Notes: a model not told the origin generated them from the sequence alone. Numbered from the whole stretch's first letter, positions 1 to 11,632 are shown. The stretch: 63,201 bases of DNA, filler included, from Stramenopiles sp. TOSAG23-2 (GCA_900128395.1; 18 parts of 18 records of this genome joined end to end with filler, not necessarily neighbours in it); one strand, 5' to 3'. Numbers and translations are program-made.

Positions 1-2
1 GA

Positions 3-290
3 AAAGTTCGACTTCGTCAAATTGCAAAACGACAACAACAACAACGGAATAATAATAGTAATATCAATAGTAATAACAACGAGGGTGAAGAAGATGATGA
101 TAATACAACAGCAACGACAACAACAACGACAACAACAACGGGTAGTACAAATATGATGAATAACAATTATAATGATGATAACAATCCATTTAGTCAAGAT
201 ATTTCAAGTGCAACTGTACAAGGTCAACAACAACAACAACAACAACAATCGTTTGAACAAACATTTGAACAAGATTTTGAAGATAGTTAA
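3..290 (+). CDS. 3' end of a low-complexity (N/T/Q-rich) protein, 5' truncated
   Basis: Frame 3 is open from KVRLRQIAKRQQQQ to FEQDFEDS, with TAA at 288-290 followed by an AT-rich 3' flank. Confidence 0.55.
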   Translation, partial: KVRLRQIAKRQQQQRNNNSNINSNNNEGEEDDDNTTATTTTTTTTTGSTNMMNNNYNDDNNPFSQDISSATVQGQQQQQQQQSFEQTFEQDFEDS

Positions 291-863
291 AAAAGAAATA
301 TTTGTATATATACATATTTATACGGTCTCTACTTAATAAAGATACTTGGAGAGAAGGGAGTAAAACATTTGGAGAGTATAATTGTATTTTTACATTTCGT
401 ACGTATTACGAAAGTATCTAGTAGTGTTTTAAAAAAAAAAAATTTGAAAATTACAAAAAAATGTGGCGGCACTAAGCGGTTTAATGCTGTGTCTATGATA
501 TATGTATATGTACATATCCTCGTACTATCAAGTCAAATATGCCTCCTATTAAAATTCTCCAAGTTAATAACCCAAATCTAAATCCCAAATGCACCGTTTC
601 ACATTAACAACAGAACAATATAGGCCCGGGTGGCCAACTACATGTAGTCTTACAGGTACTTGTAGAATCTTCTTCTAGAAATACAGAAATACGTTAACAA
701 CAAGAAACACACAAATATTCATTAATCTCTTCGAAAGAGAGAGGAGAAGAGAAATACAAACATATACAATAATATACAGGGACAACATTATATATATATA
801 AGCATATTGTAAAGGTTATTATTATATATATATATTCATACACATACGCATTTACCATTCATC

Positions 864-2924
864 ATGTCAGACAATGATATTGAAAAAGTTATTTCAGAAG
901 TGATAAAACAATGTAAAGTATCTGGCGGTGGAGATGTCTCACCAACATTAGCTGCTTTTATTGCACGTACTGTTATCTATGAAAATGCTGATATGTTTCA
1001 AATGGATCAAGAGATGACAGAGACGGACATTGAAGATTTAGTAGATATGTGCGTGCAGAAGTTATGCGTTCAAGATTCTCCAGGATTAGAAACGATTAAA
1101 ATACAAGTAGCGTTTGATTTATCTTACATGGAGCATTCCAGATTAGTTGAGGACAAAAAAGCAATATTAAATAAAAAATTAAACAATTTAATAGCAATGA
1201 TAGTAGAAGTAAGAGCAAAAAGTAGTAGTGACTTTGAAAGTTTAACAATATTGTATAGGCAAATTTTTTCATATTTAATGGTACACGCACAACGTGATGC
1301 TGAGAAACAGCCTAGTAATGCCGTAGAGCTTGAAGTGGCTGCTGCATTAGAAAGTGTATTCCCACGTATTGGTTTAAAAGCGTTTATTGGTATGACACAA
1401 CGTGAGAAAGAATCACAATTGCAAGAGTTAGCAAATATTGTATTAGGCATACGTTTGTTTAATAAAGAAATTGGTAAGGGTGGCGCTGATTTAGAAAATG
1501 AATCGTTGCTATCAAAGCAAGATGCTAGTGGCTTTGTTAACGGATTGAGGCGTGAGATAAATGAAATGGCTGCTTTATGTCAAAAATATACCGATGTACT
1601 TCAATTTTTATTTGAGAAAAAAGATGAAGATGTATCCCAAGGGCAAATTAAACGCTTTCAAGATGAGTTAACAAACAGACGCCAATATTTATACAACTTA
1701 CAAAGTTTACAAGAAGATGCAATGATTGCGCAAGATAAAATTACATCCACAAATGGTGATTACATTCGTGAAATGACGGATTTAAAAGCTATCGTTGGTG
1801 CCAGAGCATCCGTACCAAAGGATCAAGTATATCCAAAATTTGATATCTTAGCAAATTTATATTTAAATTTAGCAGATGAACGTAAAATGTTAAATGCGAA
1901 AGTTGCAACATGGAAAGAATTGCAAGCATTAAAAACTACGTTTACGCCATCCTTAACTGATGAATGGGTTATTGCAGCAAGAGACCATTCCATTTCAAGA
2001 CGTGAACGTCCAACATTTAGTGGTGGCGAAGGAGATGATGGTGAAGGATTTGAAGGTAAATATGAAGAAAATAAAACCGAGGGGAAAGTACAGGAAAATG
2101 CTCCACAGCAACAAGATGCAACTGCATCACCATCGAATCAATTGCCAAAAGTTTCAAGCATGATGGATGAAAATGTTAATGATGAGACGCCAATACGTTT
2201 ATCCATTGATTCGACTCCGGAATTTATGCAACTGCCATTGGAATACCAAGGATATTGCTCACATACAGTTGTACATCGTGATGCATTGTTATTACCAGGT
2301 AATCCAGCATTAGGTGTTATTAGGTATCGTGGTGGTTATTACGTCTTTACATCGGAGGAAGGTTTAACTGCATTTGAAGAAGATCCTGGTAGATATGTTA
2401 ATGGTATACTTGATGCTGCGCGTAGATCACCAGAGTTGATACATTTATTACGTTTACAAGATCATTTCCCAAAAGCCAATTTAACTCAATTAATATCAAA
2501 CAAAGCGCAATCAGATGGTGTGCATCCATTACTTTCCGATGCGCCTCCTGTCATGGTAGATAAATCAAACGAGACTCCAGTACATTTTATTGAACGCAAT
2601 ATTGACCCATCGTATTCATGGAATGAGTGGGAATTACGTCGTCGTGCATTGCAAGTAGCAAATTTAAAAAAGTGCAAAACGACTTCAATGCAAACTGATA
2701 TGAGTGCATATCGCCGTGAAATAGAAACACAAGTATATTTACCAAAAACAAAAACCACTCAAACAAGAGTGGAAAGGGGTACAAATCCAAAACGAGTACA
2801 TACATATATTGCAGGACTTCGTAATGGTTTAAATACAAAAGCTGCAAGTAAATATGCTAAAGATAAAAATGGACAGCCTACTAAGAAAAAGACAACGGTC
2901 GTAAACTTGACTTTTGAATTGTAA
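864..2924 (+). CDS. CFAP206: Cilia- and flagella-associated protein 206 (C6orf165/UPF0704 family)
   Basis: Motifs VSPTLAAFIARTV, SPGLETIKIQVAFD, AALESVFP, QLQELANIVLGIRLFNKEIGKGG and YSWNEWELRRRALQ match the family as I recall it; single exon. Confidence 0.9.
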   Translation: MSDNDIEKVISEVIKQCKVSGGGDVSPTLAAFIARTVIYENADMFQMDQEMTETDIEDLVDMCVQKLCVQDSPGLETIKIQVAFDLSYMEHSRLVEDKKAILNKKLNNLIAMIVEVRAKSSSDFESLTILYRQIFSYLMVHAQRDAEKQPSNAVELEVAAALESVFPRIGLKAFIGMTQREKESQLQELANIVLGIRLFNKEIGKGGADLENESLLSKQDASGFVNGLRREINEMAALCQKYTDVLQFLFEKKDEDVSQGQIKRFQDELTNRRQYLYNLQSLQEDAMIAQDKITSTNGDYIREMTDLKAIVGARASVPKDQVYPKFDILANLYLNLADERKMLNAKVATWKELQALKTTFTPSLTDEWVIAARDHSISRRERPTFSGGEGDDGEGFEGKYEENKTEGKVQENAPQQQDATASPSNQLPKVSSMMDENVNDETPIRLSIDSTPEFMQLPLEYQGYCSHTVVHRDALLLPGNPALGVIRYRGGYYVFTSEEGLTAFEEDPGRYVNGILDAARRSPELIHLLRLQDHFPKANLTQLISNKAQSDGVHPLLSDAPPVMVDKSNETPVHFIERNIDPSYSWNEWELRRRALQVANLKKCKTTSMQTDMSAYRREIETQVYLPKTKTTQTRVERGTNPKRVHTYIAGLRNGLNTKAASKYAKDKNGQPTKKKTTVVNLTFEL

Positions 2925-3226
2925 ATAAAATTCTTAGAAAAGGATTTTATGTATTCGTATACGTATATATATACGCATATATGTATTATATTCTTCGTAT
3001 TCATTTACGTATAATGAATTATTCTAAAACAGTAAAAAAGATTGTTGAGTTTATATTGAAAATATAATGATGGTTATATCAAAATATGATTTTTTTACGA
3101 ACTTCGTACGGTTCGTAAATAAAAGAGTATATGTGTAAAAAAAGAAAGAGTTTAAATTCATTAAAACGCGCGTACGCGTACAAATTAAAAAAATATGAAA
3201 AACATTTTTTTTTTATTAAAATAAAA

Positions 3227-3441
3227 TTACAGCTCATCACTTTGCCGTGTTTTTTTCTTTTTTTTTCTCTTTTTCTCCTCTTTTATTAATAAATCAAATG
3301 CATCGTCTTCACTTGCATATTCTTTCCTGTCTTCAATCATGTCATTTTCTAAGTCTATATGTTTTGGCAATTTGACTAATTTTGTGTTTCCTGATAATGA
3401 TGCAAATAAAAATTTATGCATTGGTTCGATCTCTACTGGAA
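3227..3441 (-). CDS. C-terminal fragment of a hypothetical protein cut by the contig end
   Basis: Open frame runs from the gap to the stop at 3227; basic tail. Confidence 0.4.
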
Positions 3442-3541
3442 NNNNNNNNNNNNNNNNNNNNNNNNNNNNNNNNNNNNNNNNNNNNTTAATTAATTAANNN
3501 NNNNNNNNNNNNNNNNNNNNNNNNNNNNNNNNNNNNNNNNN
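3442..3541. other. Artificial contig spacer N44-TTAATTAATTAA-N44 (first of 17)
   Basis: Identical 100-nt spacers begin at 3442, 6978, 10513, 14043, 17572, 21091, 24610, 28128, 31643, 35156, 38668, 42180, 45692, 49200, 52708, 56216 and 59712. The 12-mer has stops in all six frames. Contig lengths fall from 3436 to 3396. Confidence 0.98.
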
Positions 3542-3815
3542 TGATTATTATACGGATATACTTTGTTTTTTTATAAATCATTTTTGATTATTATATGGAT
3601 ATATAATATTTGTTTTTTTATTATTGATTATTGATTATTATACGGATATACTTTGTTTTTTTATTATTGATTATTGATTATTATATATATATATATGTAC
3701 TTTGTTTTTTTACTATTGATTATTGATTATTATAACGGATATACTTTTATCTTTCCACCATACTCTATACGGATATGATAAACTAAAAGGTGATATGTAC
3801 TTTTATCTTTCCATC
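3542..3815. repeat. Degenerate AT-rich tandem repeat, core TGATTATTATACGGATATACTTTGTTTTTTT
   Basis: About 5-6 diverged units directly at the contig end. Confidence 0.75.
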
Positions 3816-3978
3816 AAGTCTATATATGTATTGTATTTATATAGATATATATATCTAATATATCTGTAATAGCTAACGTTCGTGAGTAAAGGGTATATAT
3901 ATAGACACAGCATTGTACCATAGACACAGGGGGTGTTATAATCAAGGAAATTGGCTCAGCAACATACCCTCTTCAATT

Positions 3979-4323
3979 ATGGATACTAGGGTATCAATTC
4001 GGAATCAAAAGAATGAAATTGAAATAATAAAATTATCGGAGCTAAAATTAGAAGATAAACAACATATAAATGTAAAAATCAAACACAGGTGCTGGTGGGA
4101 CCAATACAACTGCAAGATCTGCGACCAGAAGGAGTGCCATGCACATGACAAGGTTTTTTCCGAAAGAAAATACAAGGTTTACGAAAAAGAGGGGGAATTT
4201 AGAAACTTGGGTTTTTACATGAAGATTCTTGAACCTTTTAAAGATACAAACGAGAAATACGTTAAAAACGCCAACATTGAACCTTTCCGGTACCTTAGTT
4301 GGATTAATTCTCCCTCTACCTAA
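3979..4323 (+). CDS. Small hypothetical protein with a C/H cluster (C-x6-CxxC-x4-CHxH)
   Basis: ATG at 3979 lies inside the tracked 136-aa ORF; no family recognised. Confidence 0.3.
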   Translation: MDTRVSIRNQKNEIEIIKLSELKLEDKQHINVKIKHRCWWDQYNCKICDQKECHAHDKVFSERKYKVYEKEGEFRNLGFYMKILEPFKDTNEKYVKNANIEPFRYLSWINSPST

Positions 4324-4641
4324 TATAATTGCTATCATCTGGTAAATTTCTTTCGACCTAGTTAAACAACAGTTTTTGTAAGCAAATCTGTTATGTAACT
4401 CACCGCACTCTAAAACCAGGTTTCGTAATTTTCCATATAGTAGAAGAAAGCTCCAAATTCCCCCATCTCGCTGATGCTTCTCCATCAATTGAACCTCTCT
4501 CTCCAAACACATATGAGATGCATTATCACTTTTCTTCGTCCTCTTTCTTTACACGATACACGAGATACATCCTCCCAACACCATCGCTTTTTCCAAGAGA
4601 TGCGCGCGAGATTATTTTTATCCACGCACACACGACCTTTT

Positions 4642-5958
4642 TCACAATTTAGAAGAAGATGATGAAAAAAACCAACGTAAATGCTCAGCAAACATACTTG
4701 AACCCATTAATAAATTATGTCCACCGATACCAAAATCATAACGATAATCATATCCAGCAAAACGGAATGCATCTGCCATTGCATGATTTGCTATTGCCCA
4801 ATTACCATATTGATTATCCATATCATTTGAACCAGATGTTAATACAACTTTAATATCTTTTGGTTTTGTACGTCTTATTACATATGGAAAATTTTGACCA
4901 CCATTTAATGCAGTAAATGAACCACACTATATATTAAAATAAATATTTATATATATATAGTAAAAAATTTCAAATAATAATAAAAAGTTGTTAGTCATCT
5001 TGTTAAAATACATATACATACATCAGATTTTAAAAAAAAAACTTACATGTGATAATACTTTGCCCCATAAATGTGGATGATGCCATGCTGCAGTAAATGC
5101 TGCATTACCACCGCTACTAATTCCAACGATCATTCGTTTCTTTGGATCAGTTGTAAATGTTTTACCAACATAATCTTCACAAAATGGTATGACTTCATCA
5201 TTTAAAAAATTTGAATATGCATCTGTACAACGATCATATTCAACTTGCCTTTGTAATGAAACACGTGGATCATATGGAATTTTATCCAAACTGCCATATT
5301 TTTGTAACAATTCACGACTTGATAAACATTCAATTGGTCTACCAGGCATTAGAAATATACCAACCGAAATTGGTATTTCTTTATTTGCTATCATAGTATT
5401 CATTACTTCTGGTGCATGAAATATTCCTTGTCTTGCCATATAACCTAAACCATCAGTAAAAAAAAAAATACCAGGAGGCGGTGGTGGTGAATTATTATTA
5501 TTAGTAGTAATATTGGTTTCTACCATTAATTGTTTTGGTGTATATATAAATAAATCCCATTTCATATTTGGATAATATTTTGATGTAATTGTAGGCATCC
5601 AACTACGAAACGATTTGATACCACCTATCGGTATTGTTGATGAATCATTAATGGATTCTGGGCATGGATGATATGGTTCATTACGATAATCTTGCATTGG
5701 ATCCCAATTAATTGATTCACGTTTTATAGGTGGATAATATATACTACGTTCATATTTTATTCGTCGTTTATACATTTCTTTTTCTGTTATACTTCTTTCA
5801 CTAACTGCATTGTAACCTGGTTTCTGTGAAGATGGATTAGATGGATCATATCGTTTAATCTCTTGATGATGATTCCATTCTACTAACGAACCTGTTAATT
5901 TCGATACGTTGAATAATAATTTTTCTTCTTCATCATTATCTTTTGTATTGTTTTCCAT
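4642..5958 (-). CDS. Enterochelin-esterase-like (Fes/PF00756-type) alpha/beta hydrolase, 2 exons (5958-5047, 4926-4642), ends in SKL
   Basis: GISSGG nucleophile elbow and QRQVEYD motif. A GTAAGT..TAG intron at 5046-4927 joins KVLSH to CGSFTALNGG...SNDMDNQYGNW...GGHN...LRWFFSSSSSKL*. Confidence 0.85.
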
Positions 5959-6435
5959 AATACTTTGTTGGTTTTTTTTTTTTGGCTATAATATAATTTA
6001 TTTTTTAAATCTTCCGTATTATCTATATCTACGTATTAAAATCTTTTTATATTTTAATATTGTTATGTGTAAATTTAGTAGATATTGTTATTATTATTAC
6101 TACTATATATATCTAGGTATGCCTTGTTTTGTCGTTTTTTTTCCTGTAATAATCTATATGTGAAAAAGTTGAATTAATAAATGAAATATCTGATAATAAT
6201 TCAGATTTTAATTATATAATCCTAATAAAAATATTTTTTAGAGAAGAATAAATATCCAAGTTATTCAAAATGAAAATAAATCTTTTAATAAGGATAATAG
6301 AAAATTTATTGATTCTAATTTTGAAAATAGTCCTTCGATTAAAACACAAACACTTAGAATACCTTTTTCGTATGTATTACATGTTTTTTCTTTTTTTAAA
6401 ACCATGATGTATCAACCTTTATATACAGATATAAT

Positions 6436-6874
6436 AATAATTTAAAAGGATATGGTTTGAACTCGACACTTTATTTTAATTTTCAATCCATCTTCGTCAA
6501 ATGAATAACACTACACAGGATAGAGAAAAATCAGTAAAATTAATTAAAAATCCAAAATGAAGACCCGAGTGTAATATATTAGAAAAATAATTTAAAAGGA
6601 TATGGTTTGAACTCGACACTTTATTTTAATTTTCAATCCATCTTCGTCAAATGAATAACACTACACAGGATAGAGAAAAATCAGTAAAATTAATTAAAAA
6701 TCCAAAATGAAGACCCGAGTGTAATATATTAGAAAAATAATTTAAAAGGATATGGTTTGAACTCGACACTTTATTTTAATTTTCAATCCATCTTCGTCAA
6801 ATGAATAACACTACACAGGATGGAGAAAAATCAGTAAAATTAATTAAAAATCCAAAATGAAGACCCGAGTGTAA
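6436..6874. repeat. 150-bp tandem repeat, about 2.9 near-identical copies
   Basis: TTTAAAAGGATATGGTTTGAACTCG starts at 6441, 6591 and 6741; one A>G difference in copy 3. Confidence 0.95.
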
Positions 6875-7079
6875 GGTAGGAGTGACACGTTAACTCTTTA
6901 TCTTGTGTATACTACTGTGTGATTTTACAAATTTACTACACATTATCGTCTTTCAAATTTCAAAGTTAACCTTTAAANNNNNNNNNNNNNNNNNNNNNNN
7001 NNNNNNNNNNNNNNNNNNNNNTTAATTAATTAANNNNNNNNNNNNNNNNNNNNNNNNNNNNNNNNNNNNNNNNNNNNAG

Positions 7080-7208
7080 AAATTAAAAGACAAACGCCAC
7101 AAACATTATTCCAAAGACGTGGTGTTGACGGGAACGCAATATACAGTGAAGAGTTCGCATGTGAGTAGGAAAAGGCGGTTGTTACAGTACGGTAAAGGTG
7201 GTTGTTGA
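7080..7208 (+). CDS. C-terminal fragment of a hypothetical protein (...SRKRRLLQYGKGGC*)
   Basis: Open frame from the contig start to TGA at 7206-7208. Confidence 0.35.
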   Translation, partial: KLKDKRHKHYSKDVVLTGTQYTVKSSHVSRKRRLLQYGKGGC

Positions 7209-8041
7209 AAAAGTGTGTAGGTTCCTCGGGAAGACTCTGCGCTTGCCAGAGTAGTGTAGGTCACTTTGTAAAATTATATTTTTCTTACGATAGGAGGTGA
7301 AATGTTCCAATATAAGTACAAAAAATACTATTCCAGCAGAATATTCTTAGCGAATTCTGTACCTTATTTTCTAGAATAAAATTCCAACATCTCCTTTTCT
7401 CAAAAGTATACGAAATAATAACATGTAAGTACAATTTTTCAATCATTTGATAGGCTTCCGACAGGTTTTTAGGAGTTTAAGGAGTTTGGTGGAAAAAAGC
7501 ACGAAAGGACGGTGAAAATAAATGTCATAGCATACAAATAGGCTTACGATGTTGACTTTATTTTTGGTATTTATTATTACCGAGGGAGCCCTCACTCTCT
7601 ACGAGGGAAATACCATTGAGAGAGGGGCTATTAGGGTTGGGGACACAGCACAGGAGCACAATAGTGGACGGTTTAGCGACTCGGAGGAAATAAAGCTATT
7701 AGACTATACAGTCCTGTACTAGCTTCTGGGCTATTATACTGTATGTTCGAGGTTCGCGAGAGTTCGAGATCATTTTTGAACTTTTGTTATTTTGTTGTTG
7801 TGTTGTTGTTGTTGTTGTTGAAAAAAGGTATAAGTTAATAAAAATAAATAATTTAAAAAATAAAAAAATAGAAAAACTAATTGATAACACATTTCTATCT
7901 CTCATCAAGAACAAACTTATAGACGTCATTGATTGAATATATATATATATGTAAGTAGTTAAAACTTCATACTAAAATTAATACGACAATTTTATTCTAT
8001 TTTTTTTTTTTAAAATATAAAGATAATAAAAAATTAATAAT

Positions 8042-10348
8042 ATGTCAGAAGTACGTATATCAAGACAAGGAAGTATTACAGTAACTACCCCATCTACCTC
8101 TTCAAATAATAATGATAATAATAACGATAATAATAATAGTGTATTAAAAAAATATCAAGATCCTTCCCCAAATAGATTAGATGTATCAAAAATAGATTTA
8201 ATAGATGATCCATTAGACCGTATGGTAGATAGCATGTTATTGTCTAGTAGGTTATCAGAACAACAGAAAGAAGATGGTGGCGTTAAAACGAATATGATGT
8301 TAAATACTTCCACTGCTTCTTTATTACGAACACAAGAGAATATGAAAAATATGAATAAAAAATTTGATAATCAACCAGAGGTAGATAATTTATTGTACAA
8401 CGATTTAGTCAGTGGCGTGATTGGTGGTTACAATAGTACGAAAAAAGTACATAATGGCAGGGCTACATTAGAACAGTCTTCACATGATCAATACGTAGCA
8501 TTGTTGGAAAAAGAAAATTTAGAACTATCAGAAAAAGCACTTCATTTAGAACGAGAGTTAGCTGATTCAGATAGTCGATATGATAGAGTTAGTTTAGAAA
8601 ACAAACATTTATTAGATGAATTGCGAGATGAAATTGCTCGTAGTGATTCACGTGCAAAAGAAATTTCAACATCATTGACAGGTGTAAGGCGTGAAACGGA
8701 AGAACAAGCAAATAAAGAAATGGCATTGTTGCGAAATGAATTAGATTTAGCAGTTGCAAAACGAGTAGAATTAGAAAATGCATTTCATGTACAAACACGA
8801 ACAATAGCTGAATTGAGTGGGGAAAATTTAGAATTAACGGAAGAGATGAAAAACATTCAACAATCGAGTGAAAATGAAGCTGTTTTAAATAAAAAAGTAA
8901 ACCATTCATCAGAAACTATCATGGAATTGCAAAATCGTTTAAATGAAGCACAAGAAAATTTATTAAAATCGCATAGTGAAATGCATGCATTAAGGCGTGA
9001 ATCGGAAATGTCACAAAATAAAATTATAGAAGAATCAAGGATTCATAATAAATCGGAATTACGATTAAATGAAACGATGGAAAATATGAAGCGGGAAATG
9101 AAGCAATTGGAACAAAGAGAGCGTCAATTGCGTGATGACGTGTTGAAGAAAGAAGGTGCATTAGGTGCTATGTCACATGATCGATTAAAAGCCGTCCATG
9201 AATTAGTATTAAAAGAAGAGGAAATAGAAAAATTAAAATTACAATACGAGCTAGAGGAGAAAAAAGAGACAAATATGGAATTAGAATATAAAAAGAAAAT
9301 AGAAACGATGAAACAGGAGCATGCGGAAAAAATTGAAAATCTACATAAAGAATTTGAATTAAAAACAAATCGATATATTGAAACAAATCGTAAAGCAGAA
9401 ACTACAATACAACAATTGAATAATTTAATAAATGAAAAATCACGTGAAAATTCCAATTTACAAATTAAATATTCATCCCTTGAGCAAAAAGCAGCTACAC
9501 TTCAACATGAATTAAATACACTCCGTGAAATAAGTGAAGCAGCTCGTGCGGATTTATCAGTTTCAAAATCAAATGTCTCAACTGTCAAAGGTGAATTAAA
9601 TAAGTCAAAATTACGTATATCAAATTTAGAAGAGACAAATATGCAAAACCAAAATCAAAATAGAAAATTAAAAAATAAAGTCGGTGAAATGGAAAATGAA
9701 CGATCAAAAATCATAAGTGTAATCAAGAATCAAGGCGAGGCATTGTCGAAGTTGACACTTCAAAATAAAAGCATGAAGCAAAAATTACGTAAATTAGATG
9801 ATACAATGTTGGAACAAAATAGCGATTTTCAAACTATTATTAACCAGATGAAGCAAGCTAGAAATTTGTCCTCAAAACATATAGAAAAATTAATTGTTCA
9901 AGAGCGAACATTGGCTACTCAAGAAGTTGAAATTGAAGATTTAAGACAAAATGTTGCTAGAGCAGATATTGAACATAAAACCATTGTAAAATTAAGAAAA
10001 GAGGTAAATGAATGGAGAAATAAATTTATGGGCATGGAAAAAGCAGCAGAAAGTGCAACGGAGATATGTAATGAATTGAAGCGTGAATTTGGTCTAATAG
10101 AAACAAAGTATACAAATGAGACTGAAATGCGTAAAGGTGTAGAAATTGAATATGAAAGATTGAAAGATTTAGTAAAACCTCAAACAGAAACCATGGAACA
10201 AATGGCCATAGAGTTGAAACGTGCTTTAGAACGGGAACAATCTGTACGAAATGAGTTAAGATCTGTACATGCAAGATTTGCACATTTTCACTCCTTGCAA
10301 ATTGGTTCAAGTAGAGGGAAACAACAACAATCATTTGATGAGCGATGA
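8042..10348 (+). CDS. Long coiled-coil protein (possibly centrosomal or cytoskeletal)
   Basis: 768-aa ORF, E/K/L/Q-rich heptad pattern, nearly proline-free after the N-terminus. Confidence 0.7.
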   Translation: MSEVRISRQGSITVTTPSTSSNNNDNNNDNNNSVLKKYQDPSPNRLDVSKIDLIDDPLDRMVDSMLLSSRLSEQQKEDGGVKTNMMLNTSTASLLRTQENMKNMNKKFDNQPEVDNLLYNDLVSGVIGGYNSTKKVHNGRATLEQSSHDQYVALLEKENLELSEKALHLERELADSDSRYDRVSLENKHLLDELRDEIARSDSRAKEISTSLTGVRRETEEQANKEMALLRNELDLAVAKRVELENAFHVQTRTIAELSGENLELTEEMKNIQQSSENEAVLNKKVNHSSETIMELQNRLNEAQENLLKSHSEMHALRRESEMSQNKIIEESRIHNKSELRLNETMENMKREMKQLEQRERQLRDDVLKKEGALGAMSHDRLKAVHELVLKEEEIEKLKLQYELEEKKETNMELEYKKKIETMKQEHAEKIENLHKEFELKTNRYIETNRKAETTIQQLNNLINEKSRENSNLQIKYSSLEQKAATLQHELNTLREISEAARADLSVSKSNVSTVKGELNKSKLRISNLEETNMQNQNQNRKLKNKVGEMENERSKIISVIKNQGEALSKLTLQNKSMKQKLRKLDDTMLEQNSDFQTIINQMKQARNLSSKHIEKLIVQERTLATQEVEIEDLRQNVARADIEHKTIVKLRKEVNEWRNKFMGMEKAAESATEICNELKREFGLIETKYTNETEMRKGVEIEYERLKDLVKPQTETMEQMAIELKRALEREQSVRNELRSVHARFAHFHSLQIGSSRGKQQQSFDER

Positions 10349-10882
10349 ATAAAAATAGAGAGTTCAGAGAGAGTATCATACAAATATATATTTCGTATTT
10401 TTTTGAATTGTGTTTTTTTATTTACGTACGTGTTAAATTGTGTATTACCGTGTCATGTGTGTATTTTTCTCTCTCTGATTATTTTTAAAAAATACGAACG
10501 GGATGTGTCTCTNNNNNNNNNNNNNNNNNNNNNNNNNNNNNNNNNNNNNNNNNNNNTTAATTAATTAANNNNNNNNNNNNNNNNNNNNNNNNNNNNNNNN
10601 NNNNNNNNNNNNATTTGCCCCATCGTTGTTGTGACAAGTATTTATCTATCTATATTTGTATATATATGTGAATTGTATATCTGTCTCTGTTTTGTAGATT
10701 TAATCAATTTCGTATATATATATATATATATATATGTATAATATTCTTCTTCTATAAATAAAATATATAACGACTACTAGAAATTATTAAAATTAACATT
10801 ATAAATAGGATACCTTTTTTCGTACTTTACGAGGAGCTGTACTTGTAGAATATAAAATATTTTTTTTAACCCCACCCCAATA

Positions 10883-11632
10883 TCAAACTCGATTGACCGA
10901 TTGGCCATTATAATTATTCAAGATATGATGAAAGAAATTATGAAATTTCATTTTATATTCTTGATTATTATTGTTATGATGATTATGATTATTATTAGGA
11001 TCCTTAGCATTATTAATTAATGTGGAAATTTCAATTGCATTGTAAATATTAATGTTTTTCATTGATTGTTTATGTTCTTGTTTTCGTTTATTATTATTTG
11101 CACGATGTTTTGTATTTAATTTATCTAATTTATTTCCAACAAGCAACATTGGGATTTTATTACATATCGTCGATGATTCACCGCCATTTGCGAATGCAAA
11201 TTCGTCAATCCATTTAAATAAATTAGAAAATGATCGATTGTTGGATAAATCATGAACCAATAGAATAGCATTGATATCATAAGTATAAAATACACTACGA
11301 CTGGCGGCATATCCATGTGAACCACCACCGATATCTATAAATTCAATTAAACATTTTCTATTTCTACCTGTGGAAGAGGATTCAAAAATAATTGCTTCTA
11401 AATGACAACCAACCGTCCACCCACTGGAAGCAAATTCTCCACTTTTATCGCAAAGATAATTGACAACAGATGTTTTTCCAACACCACTATCTCCAAGTAA
11501 TAATATTCTAATTGTTTGCATACCATTATCGTCCGATAAATTTAAATTATTATTCAAATTGTTGTTATTATTATTATTATAATTACTATTACTACCTGAG
11601 GTACGTCGTACTGTAAATGGTGAATTCATCAT
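10883..11632 (-). CDS. RABL3: Rab-like protein 3 small GTPase
   Basis: GDSGVGKT P-loop, WTVGC, DIGG in place of DTAGQ, RSVFY, VHDLSNNRS and GNKLD; no prenylation motif. First ATG is at 11632. Confidence 0.8.
   Translation of the reverse strand: MMNSPFTVRRTSGSNSNYNNNNNNNLNNNLNLSDDNGMQTIRILLLGDSGVGKTSVVNYLCDKSGEFASSGWTVGCHLEAIIFESSSTGRNRKCLIEFIDIGGGSHGYAASRSVFYTYDINAILLVHDLSNNRSFSNLFKWIDEFAFANGGESSTICNKIPMLLVGNKLDKLNTKHRANNNKRKQEHKQSMKNINIYNAIEISTLINNAKDPNNNHNHHNNNNQEYKMKFHNFFHHILNNYNGQSVNRV

Noticed and set aside
1096-2847. Short antisense or overlapping ORFs in the track (also within TPI, GAPDH, the kinase and 60563-63196)
   Set aside because: Shadow frames of real genes with no independent motifs
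3486-3497. TTAATTAATTAA recurring every ~3.5 kb as a biological repeat
   Set aside because: Always centred in N44 runs; it is an artificial six-frame stop linker, so gene adjacency across these spacers has no meaning
6436-6874. CRISPR array
   Set aside because: Whole units are identical, with no unique spacers and no cas genes; the context is eukaryotic
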